NCBI GenBank assembly: GCA_024711125.1
Contig: JANJTM010000077.1
Location: 3,836 to 67,835 of the forward strand
DNA: 64,000 nucleotides
Reading direction: 5' to 3'
Source of the DNA: Rhodothermales bacterium
GTDB taxonomy: Bacteria; Bacteroidota; Rhodothermia; Rhodothermales; UBA10348
Shown: in pieces, positions 26,603 to 36,328 of the stretch
Position numbering within the stretch: position 1 is the stretch's first letter
How the letters are laid out: every line of letters begins with the position of its first letter
Made by a program: the position numbers and the translations under genes
Notes under the pieces: generated by a model
Seen by the model: the letters and a program-made list of their open reading frames with translations, nothing else
Database searches by the model: none
What the model was told of the DNA's origin: nothing

Positions 26603-27022
26603 ATGATCCAACGCATCCAGACCGTCTACCTGGCCGTGGCCGCCCTCCTGCTGGGAGCCGCCCCCTTCGCCGGGGCGATCGATACGCAGCCCGCATCGGC
26701 CCTGTCCTGGTTCGTGCCCGGCGTCGGCCTCACCGTCGCGCTGGCGTTCGTCGCGGCCGTCGTCTCCATCTTCCTGTTCTCGAACCGCCGCCGGCAGCGC
26801 CTGGTCGTCATCCTGTCGCAGTTTTTCGTCGTCCTGGCCGTCGGCATCGGTTTCGCGGCGCGAAAGACGGCGGGAGCCGCGGGTGTCGACTCGATCGGGC
26901 TCACGTCCGAAGGCTGGGCGGTGCTCGCCTTCCCGGCCGTGGCCTACGTGCTGCTCTGGCTGGCCCGGCGCGCGATCGACAAGGACACCGAGCTGGTCCG
27001 GTCGATGGACCGCATCCGCTGA
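26603..27022 (+). CDS. DUF4293-like 4-TM membrane protein
   Basis: Tail of track ORF 25610-27022 from ATG 26603 (MIQRIQTVYLAVAALLL...). This N-terminus and topology are typical of the Bacteroidota DUF4293 family, recalled from memory. Confidence 0.65.
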   Translation: MIQRIQTVYLAVAALLLGAAPFAGAIDTQPASALSWFVPGVGLTVALAFVAAVVSIFLFSNRRRQRLVVILSQFFVVLAVGIGFAARKTAGAAGVDSIGLTSEGWAVLAFPAVAYVLLWLARRAIDKDTELVRSMDRIR

Positions 27023-27039
27023 ACCGGAGCAGGCGTCCC

Positions 27040-27963
27040 GTGAGCGCAAGTGACGGCCATCGCCCCGCGTGGGTCCTGCCCCTGCTCCTGGCGGGCGTCC
27101 TGTCGTTCGCGTCCAGCTCGATCCTGATCCGGTTCGCCGAAGCGGCCCCGAGCCTCGTGGTGGCGGCCGTCCGCACGATGTGGGCCGTGCTGTTCCTCGC
27201 GCCGATGGGCGTACCCGCCACGCGGCGGGCCTGGTCGTCGCTCGGGGTTCGCGACCGCTGGCTCGTGCTCGCCGCCGGCCTGCTGCTCGGCGTGCATTTC
27301 GTCGCCTGGATCTCGTCGGTGTACCTGACGACGGTCGCGAGCGCGGCCGTGCTCGTGTCCACGGGACCCGTCTTCCTCGCGTTCCTCGGATTCGTCGTGC
27401 TCAGGGAGCGTCTCGAGGCCCGCACGGCGGTCGCGATCGTCGTGGCCGTGCTCGGAAGCGCGCTCATCGCGTGGAGCGACGCCCGGGGAGACGCGGCGCC
27501 TGGCCGCAACCCGCTCGTGGGCAACGCGTTGGCGCTGCTCGCCGCCGTCGTGTGGGCCGCCTACCTGCTGATCGGCCGCGTGGTGCGCCAGCGGCTCGAC
27601 TGGCTGGCGTACGTCTTTCCGCTCTATGCCATCGCGGGTCTCACGGCGTTCGTGGCCGTGACCGTGCAGGGGCTGCCGCTGGGCGGATACCCGTGGCAGA
27701 TCTACGCGTTGTGCGCGGTCATGGCACTCCTTCCGCAGATCCTCGGGCACGGGTCGTTCAACTACGCCATCAAGTTCTATCCGGCGGCGATGCTGGGGCT
27801 GCTGGGCCTGCTCGAGCCGGTCGGCGCGTCGCTGATGGCCTACGCGCTCTTCGACGAGCGACCGGGCACGATCGCGCTCCTGGGCATGACGGCCATCCTC
27901 GCGGCGGTGGCCTCGACCGTGCTGCGGCCGTCGCGCGCCGCGGAAGCGCCCGTCACCGACTGA
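27040..27963 (+). CDS. EamA/DMT-family transporter
   Basis: 307 aa with 10 TM segments in two EamA-like halves. GTG start. Confidence 0.8.
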   Translation: MSASDGHRPAWVLPLLLAGVLSFASSSILIRFAEAAPSLVVAAVRTMWAVLFLAPMGVPATRRAWSSLGVRDRWLVLAAGLLLGVHFVAWISSVYLTTVASAAVLVSTGPVFLAFLGFVVLRERLEARTAVAIVVAVLGSALIAWSDARGDAAPGRNPLVGNALALLAAVVWAAYLLIGRVVRQRLDWLAYVFPLYAIAGLTAFVAVTVQGLPLGGYPWQIYALCAVMALLPQILGHGSFNYAIKFYPAAMLGLLGLLEPVGASLMAYALFDERPGTIALLGMTAILAAVASTVLRPSRAAEAPVTD

Positions 27964-29023
27964 CCGGAGTACGGTACTCGGGCCCGAAGGCCTCCCCGTC
28001 GAGGGCTCCGACCGTGCGCCGGCCGCGCAGGAAATAGTCGACCGCGATCGAGCGTCCGTAGGAGGGACGCACTTCGGTGCGGTCGGGGGGCGTGTAGGCC
28101 GATTTCATGAAGTGGGCGGCCACGTAGGCCCGCGCGACGGCCCAGGCGTTGGCGAACTCGAGCCGGGCCGCGAACCGCGCGGCGGCGGCGGCGTCCAGGA
28201 CCAGGCGCTGCGGAAAGACCCTCCACCAATCGCGCGGGGCGAGGTTCTTGTACAGCATCAGCAGGCTGTTGCGGAAGTTGTAGGCCGTCTTGCGCGGATT
28301 GCCCTGCGCCAGCGACCCCCCTCCGAGGTGCCGTGCGACCGAAGCGGGCTCGCAGGCAACGCGCCAACCGCCCCTGCGAAGCCGCCAGCAGAGATCGATC
28401 TCCTCCATGTGGAACTCGAAGCGCTCGTCGAGCAGGCCGACGGCGTCGAGCGCCGAACGGCGCAGGAAGAGCGCGGCTCCGCTCGCCCAGAAAACCTCGC
28501 GGTACTCGTCGTGCTGCCCACGGTCTTCCTCGAGGGTATCGAAGACGCGGCCGCGGGCGAAGGGGTAACCGAGCCGGTCGAGGTGGCCGCCGGCGGCGCC
28601 CGCGTATTCGAACCGGTCCGGCGGGTCGACCTGCAGCAGTTTCGGCTGGAGGGCTCCGATCGTGGGGTCGGCCTCGGCGCGGGCCACGAGGGGCTCGAGC
28701 CAGCCCGGTTCGACCGCCACGTCGTTGTTGAGCAGCACCACGTACTCGCCCGTCGTGCGCCGCACGGCCTCGTTGTTGCCGCCGCAGTACCCGAGGTTCG
28801 AACCGAGACGTTCCACGCGCACCGACGGCAGTTCCCGCTCGACCCACTCGGCCGATCCGTCGTCGGATCCGTTGTCGGCTAGCACGATCTCGAGGGACGG
28901 CCACGTCGAGCGGACGACCGAAGGCAGGAATCGTTCGAGCAGTGGCTTCGCGTTCCACGAAACGACGACGACGGTCACGCGCGGAACGGTCGGGAGCGGA
29001 TTGACGACGTCGGGGGTGGGCAT
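27953..29023 (-). CDS. family-2 glycosyltransferase
   Basis: 356 aa. VTVVVVSWNAKPLLERFLPSV ... LADNGSDDGS ... NNDV is the GT2 (rhamnosyltransferase-like) pattern. Confidence 0.85.
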   Translation of the reverse strand: MPTPDVVNPLPTVPRVTVVVVSWNAKPLLERFLPSVVRSTWPSLEIVLADNGSDDGSAEWVERELPSVRVERLGSNLGYCGGNNEAVRRTTGEYVVLLNNDVAVEPGWLEPLVARAEADPTIGALQPKLLQVDPPDRFEYAGAAGGHLDRLGYPFARGRVFDTLEEDRGQHDEYREVFWASGAALFLRRSALDAVGLLDERFEFHMEEIDLCWRLRRGGWRVACEPASVARHLGGGSLAQGNPRKTAYNFRNSLLMLYKNLAPRDWWRVFPQRLVLDAAAAARFAARLEFANAWAVARAYVAAHFMKSAYTPPDRTEVRPSYGRSIAVDYFLRGRRTVGALDGEAFGPEYRTPVSR

Positions 29024-29044
29024 GGTGCGGCTCGGGTGCGCGGA

Positions 29045-29680
29045 TCAGGGGGCGAACAACTCGCCCTGCCGCTCTCGGCGGCGCAGAGAAAAGCTGAACC
29101 GGTGGACGGGGCTTGGCCCGAGCCGTTCCAGGGCGTCGAAATGATCGGGCGTCGGATACCCCCGGTTCCGCTCCCACCCGTAGCCGGGATGACGCTCGGC
29201 CAGTTCCTCCATCATCCGGTCGCGAACGGTCTTGGCAAGGATCGACGCGGCCGCGATCGAGCGGCTCGCGGCGTCTCCCCTGACCACGGCCGTCGCCGGG
29301 CACGCGAGCCCGGTCACGAGGCGGTTTCCGTCCACCAGCACGTGATCGGGCGCCACGCCGAGACCGGCGACGGCCCTGCGCATGGCTTCGAGGGATGCCT
29401 TGAGGATGTTCATCCGGTCGATTTCGCCGGGATCGCACACGCCGATCGACCACGCGAGCGCATGTTCGCGGATACGCGGCGCCAGGGCCGCGCGGGCGGC
29501 CGGCGAAAGGGCCTTGGAATCCTCGAGTCCGTCCGGCGCCGTCGCCGGTTCGAGAATGACGGCTGCGGCGACCACCGGCCCGGCGAGGCAGCCCCGCCCG
29601 GCTTCGTCGGTGCCGGCAACGCGATCGATGCCGGCGCGCCACAGCGCTTCTTCCAGGCGGAAGTCGGCGCGCGGGCTCAT
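29045..29680 (-). CDS. rnhB: ribonuclease HII
   Basis: 211 aa. Active-site motif [19 protein letters not shown]. The start overlaps the upstream Mur-ligase stop by 4 nt. Confidence 0.92.
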   Translation of the reverse strand: MSPRADFRLEEALWRAGIDRVAGTDEAGRGCLAGPVVAAAVILEPATAPDGLEDSKALSPAARAALAPRIREHALAWSIGVCDPGEIDRMNILKASLEAMRRAVAGLGVAPDHVLVDGNRLVTGLACPATAVVRGDAASRSIAAASILAKTVRDRMMEELAERHPGYGWERNRGYPTPDHFDALERLGPSPVHRFSFSLRRRERQGELFAP

Positions 29681-31299
29681 GCGGCCTCGGTGTACTGATC
29701 CGGAAGGTCGTTTTCGTACAGGACCACGTCTCCGGGCTGCGCGACCCTGCGCACGGCATCCCGTGCCTCGAAGAGCGTGTTCACCACGTGGAGACGGTCC
29801 TCCCGGAACCCGGCGGCCCGCAGGCCGCGCGCGATGGGGAGCGTACGGGCGGGGCCGACCAACCAGACCTCGTCGGCGCTGGCGGCCATCCGCCGTCCGA
29901 ACGCCTCGTTCAGTTCCTCTTCCCGCGCCCCGAGCTCGACCATTCCAGGGGTGATGACGAACCGGCGGCCCTCGAACTTCGAGAGGACTTCGAGCGCGCC
30001 CTCCGCGCCGACGGGATTCGAATTGAACGCGTCGTCGAGGATCCAGAGCCCCTGCTCGCGGCGCAGCGCCAACCGGTGCGGAACGGGCCGGAGGCGTGCC
30101 GCGGCCCTGGCCGCCGGCCGAAGGCGTACACCCAACGCTTCGGCCACGGCCAACCCGAGCAGGGTATTGCTGACGTGGTGCCGTCCCAGGAGCGGCGTCA
30201 CCACGGTCTCGACCGAGCCGTCCCTTGCGTGGGCCTCGTAGCGGGTGCCCTCGGTTCCGAACCCGATGTCGGTCGCGCGCAGGTCGGCCCGTCCGTCGCC
30301 GGACGCCGAAACCGACAGGACCCGTCCGGGCGCGCGGGCAGCGAGCTCGTCGAAGCGCGCGTCATCCCGGTCCAGCACGGCGATTCCTCCCGGAAGCAGG
30401 TAATCGAAGAGGGAGCCCTTCTCGCGTGCGATCGCGTCGATGCTGCCCATCGTTTCCAGGTGGGCGACGCCTATGGACGTGATGACGGCCACGTGCGGAC
30501 GCGCGATCGCGCAGAGTTCGGCGATGTCTCCCGGATGCCGGATGCCCATCTCCAGCACGAGGACCTGGTGTTCCGGCTTCAACTGCTCGTTGATGACCTT
30601 GCAGACTCCCATCGGGGTATTGAAGGAGCCCGGAGTGGCCAGCACGTTGTACCGCTGGCCCAGCATCTCGGCCGCCGCGAATTTGACGCTGGTCTTGCCG
30701 TACGACCCGGTGATGGCCACCACCACGAGGTCCGGCCGGGCGGCGAGCCGTGCGCGCGCCCGGCGCTTGAAGCCTTCCTGGATGGTCGCCTCGACCGGGC
30801 GTAGGGCGGAGAGCGCGATCGCGACCCAGGCGGGGGAGAGAAGGTCGGCGACGAACCAGCCCGAGAGATATGCGGCCACGCCGACTGCGGGCGGCCACGT
30901 TCTCGCGAGCGCCAGCCACGCGCCGACGACGACGGCCGAGAGGGCGAGCCCCGACGCGAGGACGGCCAGCCGAACGAGGCGCGGCGTGGGGGCGAGCGGC
31001 TTTTTCGGACGGTCGCGACGATACCGACGTGACGAGGCGAACGCCACCGCCCACGCGAAAAGGCCGGCGGTCGCCGCCGCCCTCCCGGACCACGACGGCA
31101 GCGCGAGTGCGGCGAGAATGGCCAGGCCGAGCGCGTGGCTCAGGCGGAAGACGACGTCGACCGGCCGGGCGGCCATCCAGCGCAGGTACGGAAGCTCCCT
31201 GTAGCCCTCCAGTTGCGCCACGTGCAGGCAGAAGCGCAGGCGGCGGAACACGCGCCATGCCGCGAACGCGGTCGCCAGGAAGAGTCCGGCCCAGGTCAT
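29677..31299 (-). CDS. MurF-like Mur-ligase with an N-terminal polytopic membrane domain
   Basis: Track ORF 29677-31944 trimmed to ATG 31297-31299 ([15 protein letters not shown]...). The first ~170 aa are hydrophobic (4-5 TM). Mur-ligase motifs follow: [17 protein letters not shown] and TPGMVELG (MurF-type). Confidence 0.75.
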   Translation of the reverse strand: MTWAGLFLATAFAAWRVFRRLRFCLHVAQLEGYRELPYLRWMAARPVDVVFRLSHALGLAILAALALPSWSGRAAATAGLFAWAVAFASSRRYRRDRPKKPLAPTPRLVRLAVLASGLALSAVVVGAWLALARTWPPAVGVAAYLSGWFVADLLSPAWVAIALSALRPVEATIQEGFKRRARARLAARPDLVVVAITGSYGKTSVKFAAAEMLGQRYNVLATPGSFNTPMGVCKVINEQLKPEHQVLVLEMGIRHPGDIAELCAIARPHVAVITSIGVAHLETMGSIDAIAREKGSLFDYLLPGGIAVLDRDDARFDELAARAPGRVLSVSASGDGRADLRATDIGFGTEGTRYEAHARDGSVETVVTPLLGRHHVSNTLLGLAVAEALGVRLRPAARAAARLRPVPHRLALRREQGLWILDDAFNSNPVGAEGALEVLSKFEGRRFVITPGMVELGAREEELNEAFGRRMAASADEVWLVGPARTLPIARGLRAAGFREDRLHVVNTLFEARDAVRRVAQPGDVVLYENDLPDQYTEAA

Positions 31300-32090
31300 G
31301 ACGCGTCGGCCTCGAGAAACCGGGTGAGCAGGGGCAGTACCACGTCCGGACGGTCCAGGTAGGCGTAGTGGCCGGCGTCCGGCACCACTTCGAGTCGTGC
31401 CGAGGATACGAGCGCGACCAGCCGATCCACCTGTTCCCGCACGATGTCCTCGTCCCGTTCGCCCCAGACTACAAGGGTAGGCGCCGATACCGAAGCCAGC
31501 CGCGTCTCGAGATAGGAATTGACGAGCCGCACGAACGTATCCCGCATGACCCCGTCCAGGGCGCGGTAGTCGCTGGTGCCGAGCAGGCGCCATACGAGCG
31601 AATGGCGCAGCCAGTCGAGCCCGAACTCGCGCAGCGGACCGGGCAGCACCTCGAACGGGGCCTTGAGCGTGGTCGCCACGGCGCGCCGGACGCGGGTCTT
31701 GACCGACGGCGTACGCCGCAGTCCCGAGGGGGCGAGCAGCGCGAGCCGGGTCACGACCGTGGCGGCATCGGGCTCCGACGCCAGGTACAGGGCGATGCGC
31801 CCGCCGTTGGAGTGCCCGACCAGGGCCGCCGGCCGGCCGACCGTCTCCCGCACCAGGGCACGAACGGCCGACGCGTGCTCGGCCAGGTCCATCGGCCTCG
31901 AGGGCGGGGGCGCCTCTCCGTGACCGGGCAGATCGACCGTCCATACGCGGAAGCGCGGCTCGAGGGCGGCCGAGACGGGGCGCATCATCGCCGCGCTCGA
32001 ACCCCAGCCGTGCAGCACGACGACCGGGTCACCGCCCTGAAGCCCGGTCTCGGTCACTGCCAGCCCGTGAGATCTCCTCGGTTCCTGCAT
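31296..32090 (-). CDS. alpha/beta-fold hydrolase
   Basis: Track ORF trimmed to MQEPRRSHGLAV... (ATG 32088-32090). HGWGSS oxyanion region and nucleophile elbow GHSNGG. The stop overlaps the Mur-ligase start (ATGA). Confidence 0.8.
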   Translation of the reverse strand: MQEPRRSHGLAVTETGLQGGDPVVVLHGWGSSAAMMRPVSAALEPRFRVWTVDLPGHGEAPPPSRPMDLAEHASAVRALVRETVGRPAALVGHSNGGRIALYLASEPDAATVVTRLALLAPSGLRRTPSVKTRVRRAVATTLKAPFEVLPGPLREFGLDWLRHSLVWRLLGTSDYRALDGVMRDTFVRLVNSYLETRLASVSAPTLVVWGERDEDIVREQVDRLVALVSSARLEVVPDAGHYAYLDRPDVVLPLLTRFLEADAS

Positions 32091-32400
32091 GCTCCGTCGT
32101 TGCCCGCGAACGGGAAACCCGCTATCTTGCCGTTCGTTGGTAGGTAAGGAACCGGGGCTTGCGGGCCCCGAGCGCGCACCCGGCGAGCGTCGCGACGCCC
32201 GCGGAAGGGTACACGGCCGACCGGTCGGCCGAACGTAGGTGAGAGCGTAGGTCAACCGGGCCCGCCGCAGCGGGCGCAAGATAAACACGTCGGGGACGCG
32301 GCGCCGTCCGGCATTGCCGTGCGTTCGCGTTCCGCCAGTCCGGCCCGCCCCGGCTCGACCCCGGGAGACCGCCGCACGGGTGCCCACCCCTGCAATCTGT

Positions 32401-33519
32401 ATGTCGGAACAGTCATTCGAAGGCATCCTCGAACTGATCGGGGACAAGAAATTCGGGTTCATCCGGGAATTCCGTTCGGATCTCCCCAAGGGTCGCAGCG
32501 ACGCGTTCGTCGCCCCGCAGCTCGTCAAACGCTGGAAACTTCGCGACGGCGTGACCCTGACGGGGACCGTGAGACCGGGAAGGAGGGGGGACATGCAGGT
32601 CCATCACGTCGACACCGTGATGGGCGTCGATGCCGAGGCGTGGACGCGGTTCCGCAATTTCGAGTCGGGACACACCATCTTCCCGAACGAGAAGCTGAAC
32701 CTGGTTACCGATCCGCGCAACGTCACGATGCGGGTCGTGGATCTCGCCGCCCCGATCGGAAAGGGGCAGCGCGCGCTCATCGTGGCGCCCCCGCGGACGG
32801 GCAAGACCCACATCCTCAAGGAGATCGCCCGGGCGCTCGCCCACAACCACCCCGAGGTCACCGTCGTCGCGCTGCTCATCGACGAGCGGCCGGAGGAGGT
32901 GACCGACTTCAAGCGCACGACGAGCGCGATCGTCTTCGCGTCGTCCAACGACAACGAGGAGGACAACCACGTGCGCGTGGCGACGCTCGCCACCGAGTAC
33001 GCGAAGCGCCTGGTCGAGATGGACCGGGACGTGGTGATCCTGATGGACTCGCTGACCCGTCTCGGCCGCACGTTCAACCTCTACATGGGCGGTTCGGGCC
33101 GCACCATGTCGGGCGGCATCGACGCGGGCGCGCTCAAGATTCCGCGCAAGATCTTCGGATCGGCCCGCAACATCGAGAACGGGGGCTCCCTGACGATCGT
33201 GGCCACCGCGCTCATCGAGACGGGCAGCCGCATGGACCAGGTCATCTTCGAGGAGTTCAAGGGCACGGGCAACAGCGAGATCTGCCTCGACCGGGAGATG
33301 GCCAACAAGCGCATCTACCCCGCGATCAACCTGCGCAAGAGCGGTACGCGGAACGAGGAGGCCCTGCTCGGGGACCGCATCGAGCAGTACCGCAGGCTCT
33401 TCCGCGTGCTCAATTCGCGGCATCCGATCGAGGCGATGCAGGCGCTGCTGCGCCACGTGCAGATGACCCGTTCGAACGAGGACCTGCTCGACGAGCTGAT
33501 TCCGGCCGAAATGGACTGA
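32401..33519 (+). CDS. rho: transcription termination factor Rho (short form, 372 aa)
   Basis: Starts MSEQSFEGILELIGDKKFGFIRE, equivalent to about residue 50 of E. coli Rho. Walker A APPRTGKT, plus LLIDERPEEV and the Q/R-loop region. Confidence 0.92.
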   Translation: MSEQSFEGILELIGDKKFGFIREFRSDLPKGRSDAFVAPQLVKRWKLRDGVTLTGTVRPGRRGDMQVHHVDTVMGVDAEAWTRFRNFESGHTIFPNEKLNLVTDPRNVTMRVVDLAAPIGKGQRALIVAPPRTGKTHILKEIARALAHNHPEVTVVALLIDERPEEVTDFKRTTSAIVFASSNDNEEDNHVRVATLATEYAKRLVEMDRDVVILMDSLTRLGRTFNLYMGGSGRTMSGGIDAGALKIPRKIFGSARNIENGGSLTIVATALIETGSRMDQVIFEEFKGTGNSEICLDREMANKRIYPAINLRKSGTRNEEALLGDRIEQYRRLFRVLNSRHPIEAMQALLRHVQMTRSNEDLLDELIPAEMD

Positions 33520-33580
33520 GGCGCCGAGGTTATGCGGGGGCCATTGCGGGGTCAGGGGTTCGAACCAACCCGCGACCCCC

Positions 33581-34270
33581 GTGACCCCGATCCGGACCTG
33601 GCCCGATTCAGACCGCCCCCGCGAACGCCTGCTTCGCCTGGGCGCACCGGCGCTCTCCGATGCCGAACTGCTTGCGCTGATCCTCGGCGCGGGCGTCTCC
33701 ACGCGGGAAGGCGGCGTGACGGCCCTCGGCGTGGCGCGCGACCTCCTCGCCCGTCACGGCTCGCTCCGGCGTCTCGGACGGCGTCCCGGGCAGGAATGGA
33801 TGGACATCGCCGGGGTGGGCGCGGCCCGAGCGGCGCGGCTCGGCGCGGCCTTCGAAATCGGCCGGCGCGTGGCGTCGGAGCCGGTCGGTCCGCGTCCCCG
33901 GGTGCGCGGTCCGCATGACGTAGCCGCCGTATACGCCCCCGTGCTGCGGGACCTCGACCGCGAAGTGTTCCACGTCGCCCTGCTCAATACGGCCGGGGAG
34001 ATCGTGGCCGACCACCGGGCGAGCGCCGGAGGGCTCGCCTCTTCGATCGTCGAACCGCGCTCGGTCTTTCGCGCGGCGGTCCTGGAATCGGCGGCGGCGG
34101 TGGTCTGCGTGCACAATCACCCGTCGGGAAATCCCGAACCGAGTGCCGAGGACATCGCGGTCACGCGGCAGCTCGTCGAGGCCGGGCGGGTGCTCGGCAT
34201 TCCGCTGCGCGACCACGTCATCATCGCGGGCGACGGGTGGACGTCGCTGGCCGAGCGGGGGGCGGTGTAG
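33581..34270 (+). CDS. radC: RadC-family JAB/MPN-domain protein
   Basis: 229 aa. N-terminal HhH-like RPRERLLRLGAPALSDAELLALILG. JAMM motif HNHPSGNPEPSAEDIAVT. GTG start. Confidence 0.9.
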   Translation: MTPIRTWPDSDRPRERLLRLGAPALSDAELLALILGAGVSTREGGVTALGVARDLLARHGSLRRLGRRPGQEWMDIAGVGAARAARLGAAFEIGRRVASEPVGPRPRVRGPHDVAAVYAPVLRDLDREVFHVALLNTAGEIVADHRASAGGLASSIVEPRSVFRAAVLESAAAVVCVHNHPSGNPEPSAEDIAVTRQLVEAGRVLGIPLRDHVIIAGDGWTSLAERGAV

Positions 34271-34444
34271 CCGGGCCAGACCGCGTTCGCGCACCGCGGT
34301 CGGGCGGGTACGGCGCGGATACCCGGTGCGTGAACCTGCCCTGCGGCAATCGCGCAGCTCCGGAAGCGGTCGGGTGGGTGGACCCCTCCCGCGCCCGTGC
34401 GCACGCCTGTTGGGGCTGCAAAGTGCAAAAAGGACTACGTCCGC

Positions 34445-34650
34445 GAATTCCACTTCGCGGCCTCCCAAAGTGGCCCGGGAAGTGGAATATGGCCTCGAAT
34501 TCCACTTCGCGGCCTCCAAAGTGGCTCGGGAAGTGGAATATGGCCTCGTTTTCCACTTTGCGGCCTCCAAACGGGCTTCGGAAGTGGAATACGGCCTCCA
34601 ATTCCACTCCTCCGTCGTGAGCGGGGCGGGGAATTCCATTTCCACGCCCT
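34445..34650. repeat. tandem array of 51-52-nt hairpin-forming units (3 good copies plus 1 degenerate)
   Basis: Units at 34445-34496 (52 nt), 34497-34547 (51 nt) and 34548-34598 (51 nt), with a degenerate copy at 34599-~34650. Each good unit holds TTCCACTT[C/T] and its complement GAAGTGGAA about 22 nt apart. Confidence 0.9.
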
Positions 34651-34888
34651 TCCGCGCCCCCCCCGCCGCACGGCACCACCGCACTCCCTGCCGCTGCGGC
34701 TGCCTTCGAGCGCACGCGTGCCCGGAGGTCGATGCGTCCCTCAGACATGGCCGCCGATCCGGCGCGCCACTACGAGCTGTGACGTCGGGTGGGCGGTCGC
34801 CCGATTGGCCGAGTTTTCTTCCGGCGTGGTGGACCCGGACGGGCCGAACGGGATTGAACCGGCTTCCGAACCTTGTCAGCAACCGTCC

Positions 34889-36328
34889 ATGACCGACGTC
34901 TTCGAGAAGATCGTTTCCCTCAGCAAGCGCCGCGGCTTCATTTTCCAGTCTTCGGAGGTCTACGGCGGGCTCGCGGCCACGTACGACTACGGGCCGCTGG
35001 GCGTCGAACTGAAGCGCAACGTCATGCAGCGGTGGTGGAACGCGATGGTGTACCGGCACGACAACGTGGCCGGGCTCGACGCCGCGATCCTGATGCATCC
35101 GACCGTCTGGAAGGCGTCGGGGCACGTGGACGCCTTCAACGATCCCATGATCGACGACAAGGTGTCGAAGGTGCGCTACCGGGCCGACCAGCTCATCGAG
35201 GGCTACATCGACCGGCTCAGGAAGAAGGGCAAGGACGGCGAGGCCGACCGCGTGTACCAGGCCCTGGTGGACGCGCTCAACGCCGAGGACCAGGCCAAGG
35301 CGCTCTACGACATCATCATGTCGGAAGAGATCAAGTCGCCCGATTCGGGCATGTTCGACTGGACCGAAGTGCGCCAGTTCAACCTGATGTTCGCGACCAA
35401 GCTGGGCGCGCTCGCCGGGGCCGACTCGACGGTGTACCTGCGCCCCGAGACCGCGCAGGGCATCTTCGTGAACTTCCACAACGTGCGCGAAACGGCCCGC
35501 ATGGCGGTTCCGTTCGGCATCGCGCAGATCGGGAAGGCCTTCCGCAACGAGATCGTGGCGCGGCAGTTCATCTTCCGCATGCGCGAGTTCGAGCAGATGG
35601 AGATGCAGTACTTCGTCAAGCCGGGCGCGCAGAAGGAGGCGTTCGAGGAGTGGCGGGCGAAGCGCATGCAGTGGCACCTCGACAACGGCATCCGCCCGTC
35701 GAAGCTGCGCTGGCACGAGCACGAGAAGCTCGCGCACTACGCCGATGCGGCGTTCGACGTGCAGTACGAGTTCCCGATCGGATGGCAGGAAGTCGAGGGC
35801 ATCCACTCGCGCACCGATTTCGACCTGAAGGGCCACCAGGAGCACTCGGGCAAGAACATGCAGTACTTCGACCCCCAGACCAACGACCGCTACATCCCGT
35901 ACGTGGTCGAGACGTCGGCGGGCCTCGACCGCACGGTGCTCATGCTGCTCTGCGAGGCCTACCGCGAGGAAGAGGTGGAAGGGGAGACGCGCGTCGTGCT
36001 GAAGTTCCACCCGTCGATCGCGCCCGTGAAGGCCGGCATCTTTCCGCTCGTCAAGAAGGACGGCATGCCCGAGGTCGCGCACGCGATCGAGGCCGACCTG
36101 CGGCAGCATTTCCTGACCGAGTACGACGAGAAGGGCGCCGTCGGCCGCCGCTACCGCCGTATGGACGAGGTCGGAACCCCGTACTGCGTGACCGTCGACG
36201 GGGAGACCCTCGAGAACGGCACGGTCACCGTGCGCGAGCGCGATTCCATGCAGCAGGTGCGCATCGACAAGAGCCAGGTCGCGACCTGGATTTTCGACCG
36301 CATGCGCGCCTGGACGCCGGGCGAATGA
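34889..36328 (+). CDS. glyQS: glycine--tRNA ligase (dimeric class II GlyQS type)
   Basis: Tail of track ORF 34397-36328 from ATG 34889 (MTDVFEKIVSLSKRRGFIFQSSEVYGGL...). 479 aa with the full-length GlyRS pattern. Confidence 0.93.
   Translation: MTDVFEKIVSLSKRRGFIFQSSEVYGGLAATYDYGPLGVELKRNVMQRWWNAMVYRHDNVAGLDAAILMHPTVWKASGHVDAFNDPMIDDKVSKVRYRADQLIEGYIDRLRKKGKDGEADRVYQALVDALNAEDQAKALYDIIMSEEIKSPDSGMFDWTEVRQFNLMFATKLGALAGADSTVYLRPETAQGIFVNFHNVRETARMAVPFGIAQIGKAFRNEIVARQFIFRMREFEQMEMQYFVKPGAQKEAFEEWRAKRMQWHLDNGIRPSKLRWHEHEKLAHYADAAFDVQYEFPIGWQEVEGIHSRTDFDLKGHQEHSGKNMQYFDPQTNDRYIPYVVETSAGLDRTVLMLLCEAYREEEVEGETRVVLKFHPSIAPVKAGIFPLVKKDGMPEVAHAIEADLRQHFLTEYDEKGAVGRRYRRMDEVGTPYCVTVDGETLENGTVTVRERDSMQQVRIDKSQVATWIFDRMRAWTPGE

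Noticed and set aside
34445-34650. Possible CRISPR array
   Set aside because: The sequence between the inverted-repeat arms is itself conserved from unit to unit, so there are no unique spacers. The unit length is only 51-52 nt, there are only 3-4 units, and no cas genes are in the window.
34143-34892. 17-aa peptide repeat (EFHFAASKVAREVEYGL x3) as a repeat protein
   Set aside because: Unit 1 is 52 nt versus 51 nt for the others, so no single frame carries all units. The ORF overlaps the radC 3-prime end out of frame and has no plausible start context or signal.
33608-36109. 833-aa minus-strand ORF spanning radC, the repeat array and glyQS
   Set aside because: It is antisense to two strongly recognisable genes and reads straight through the tandem repeats, with no protein motifs.
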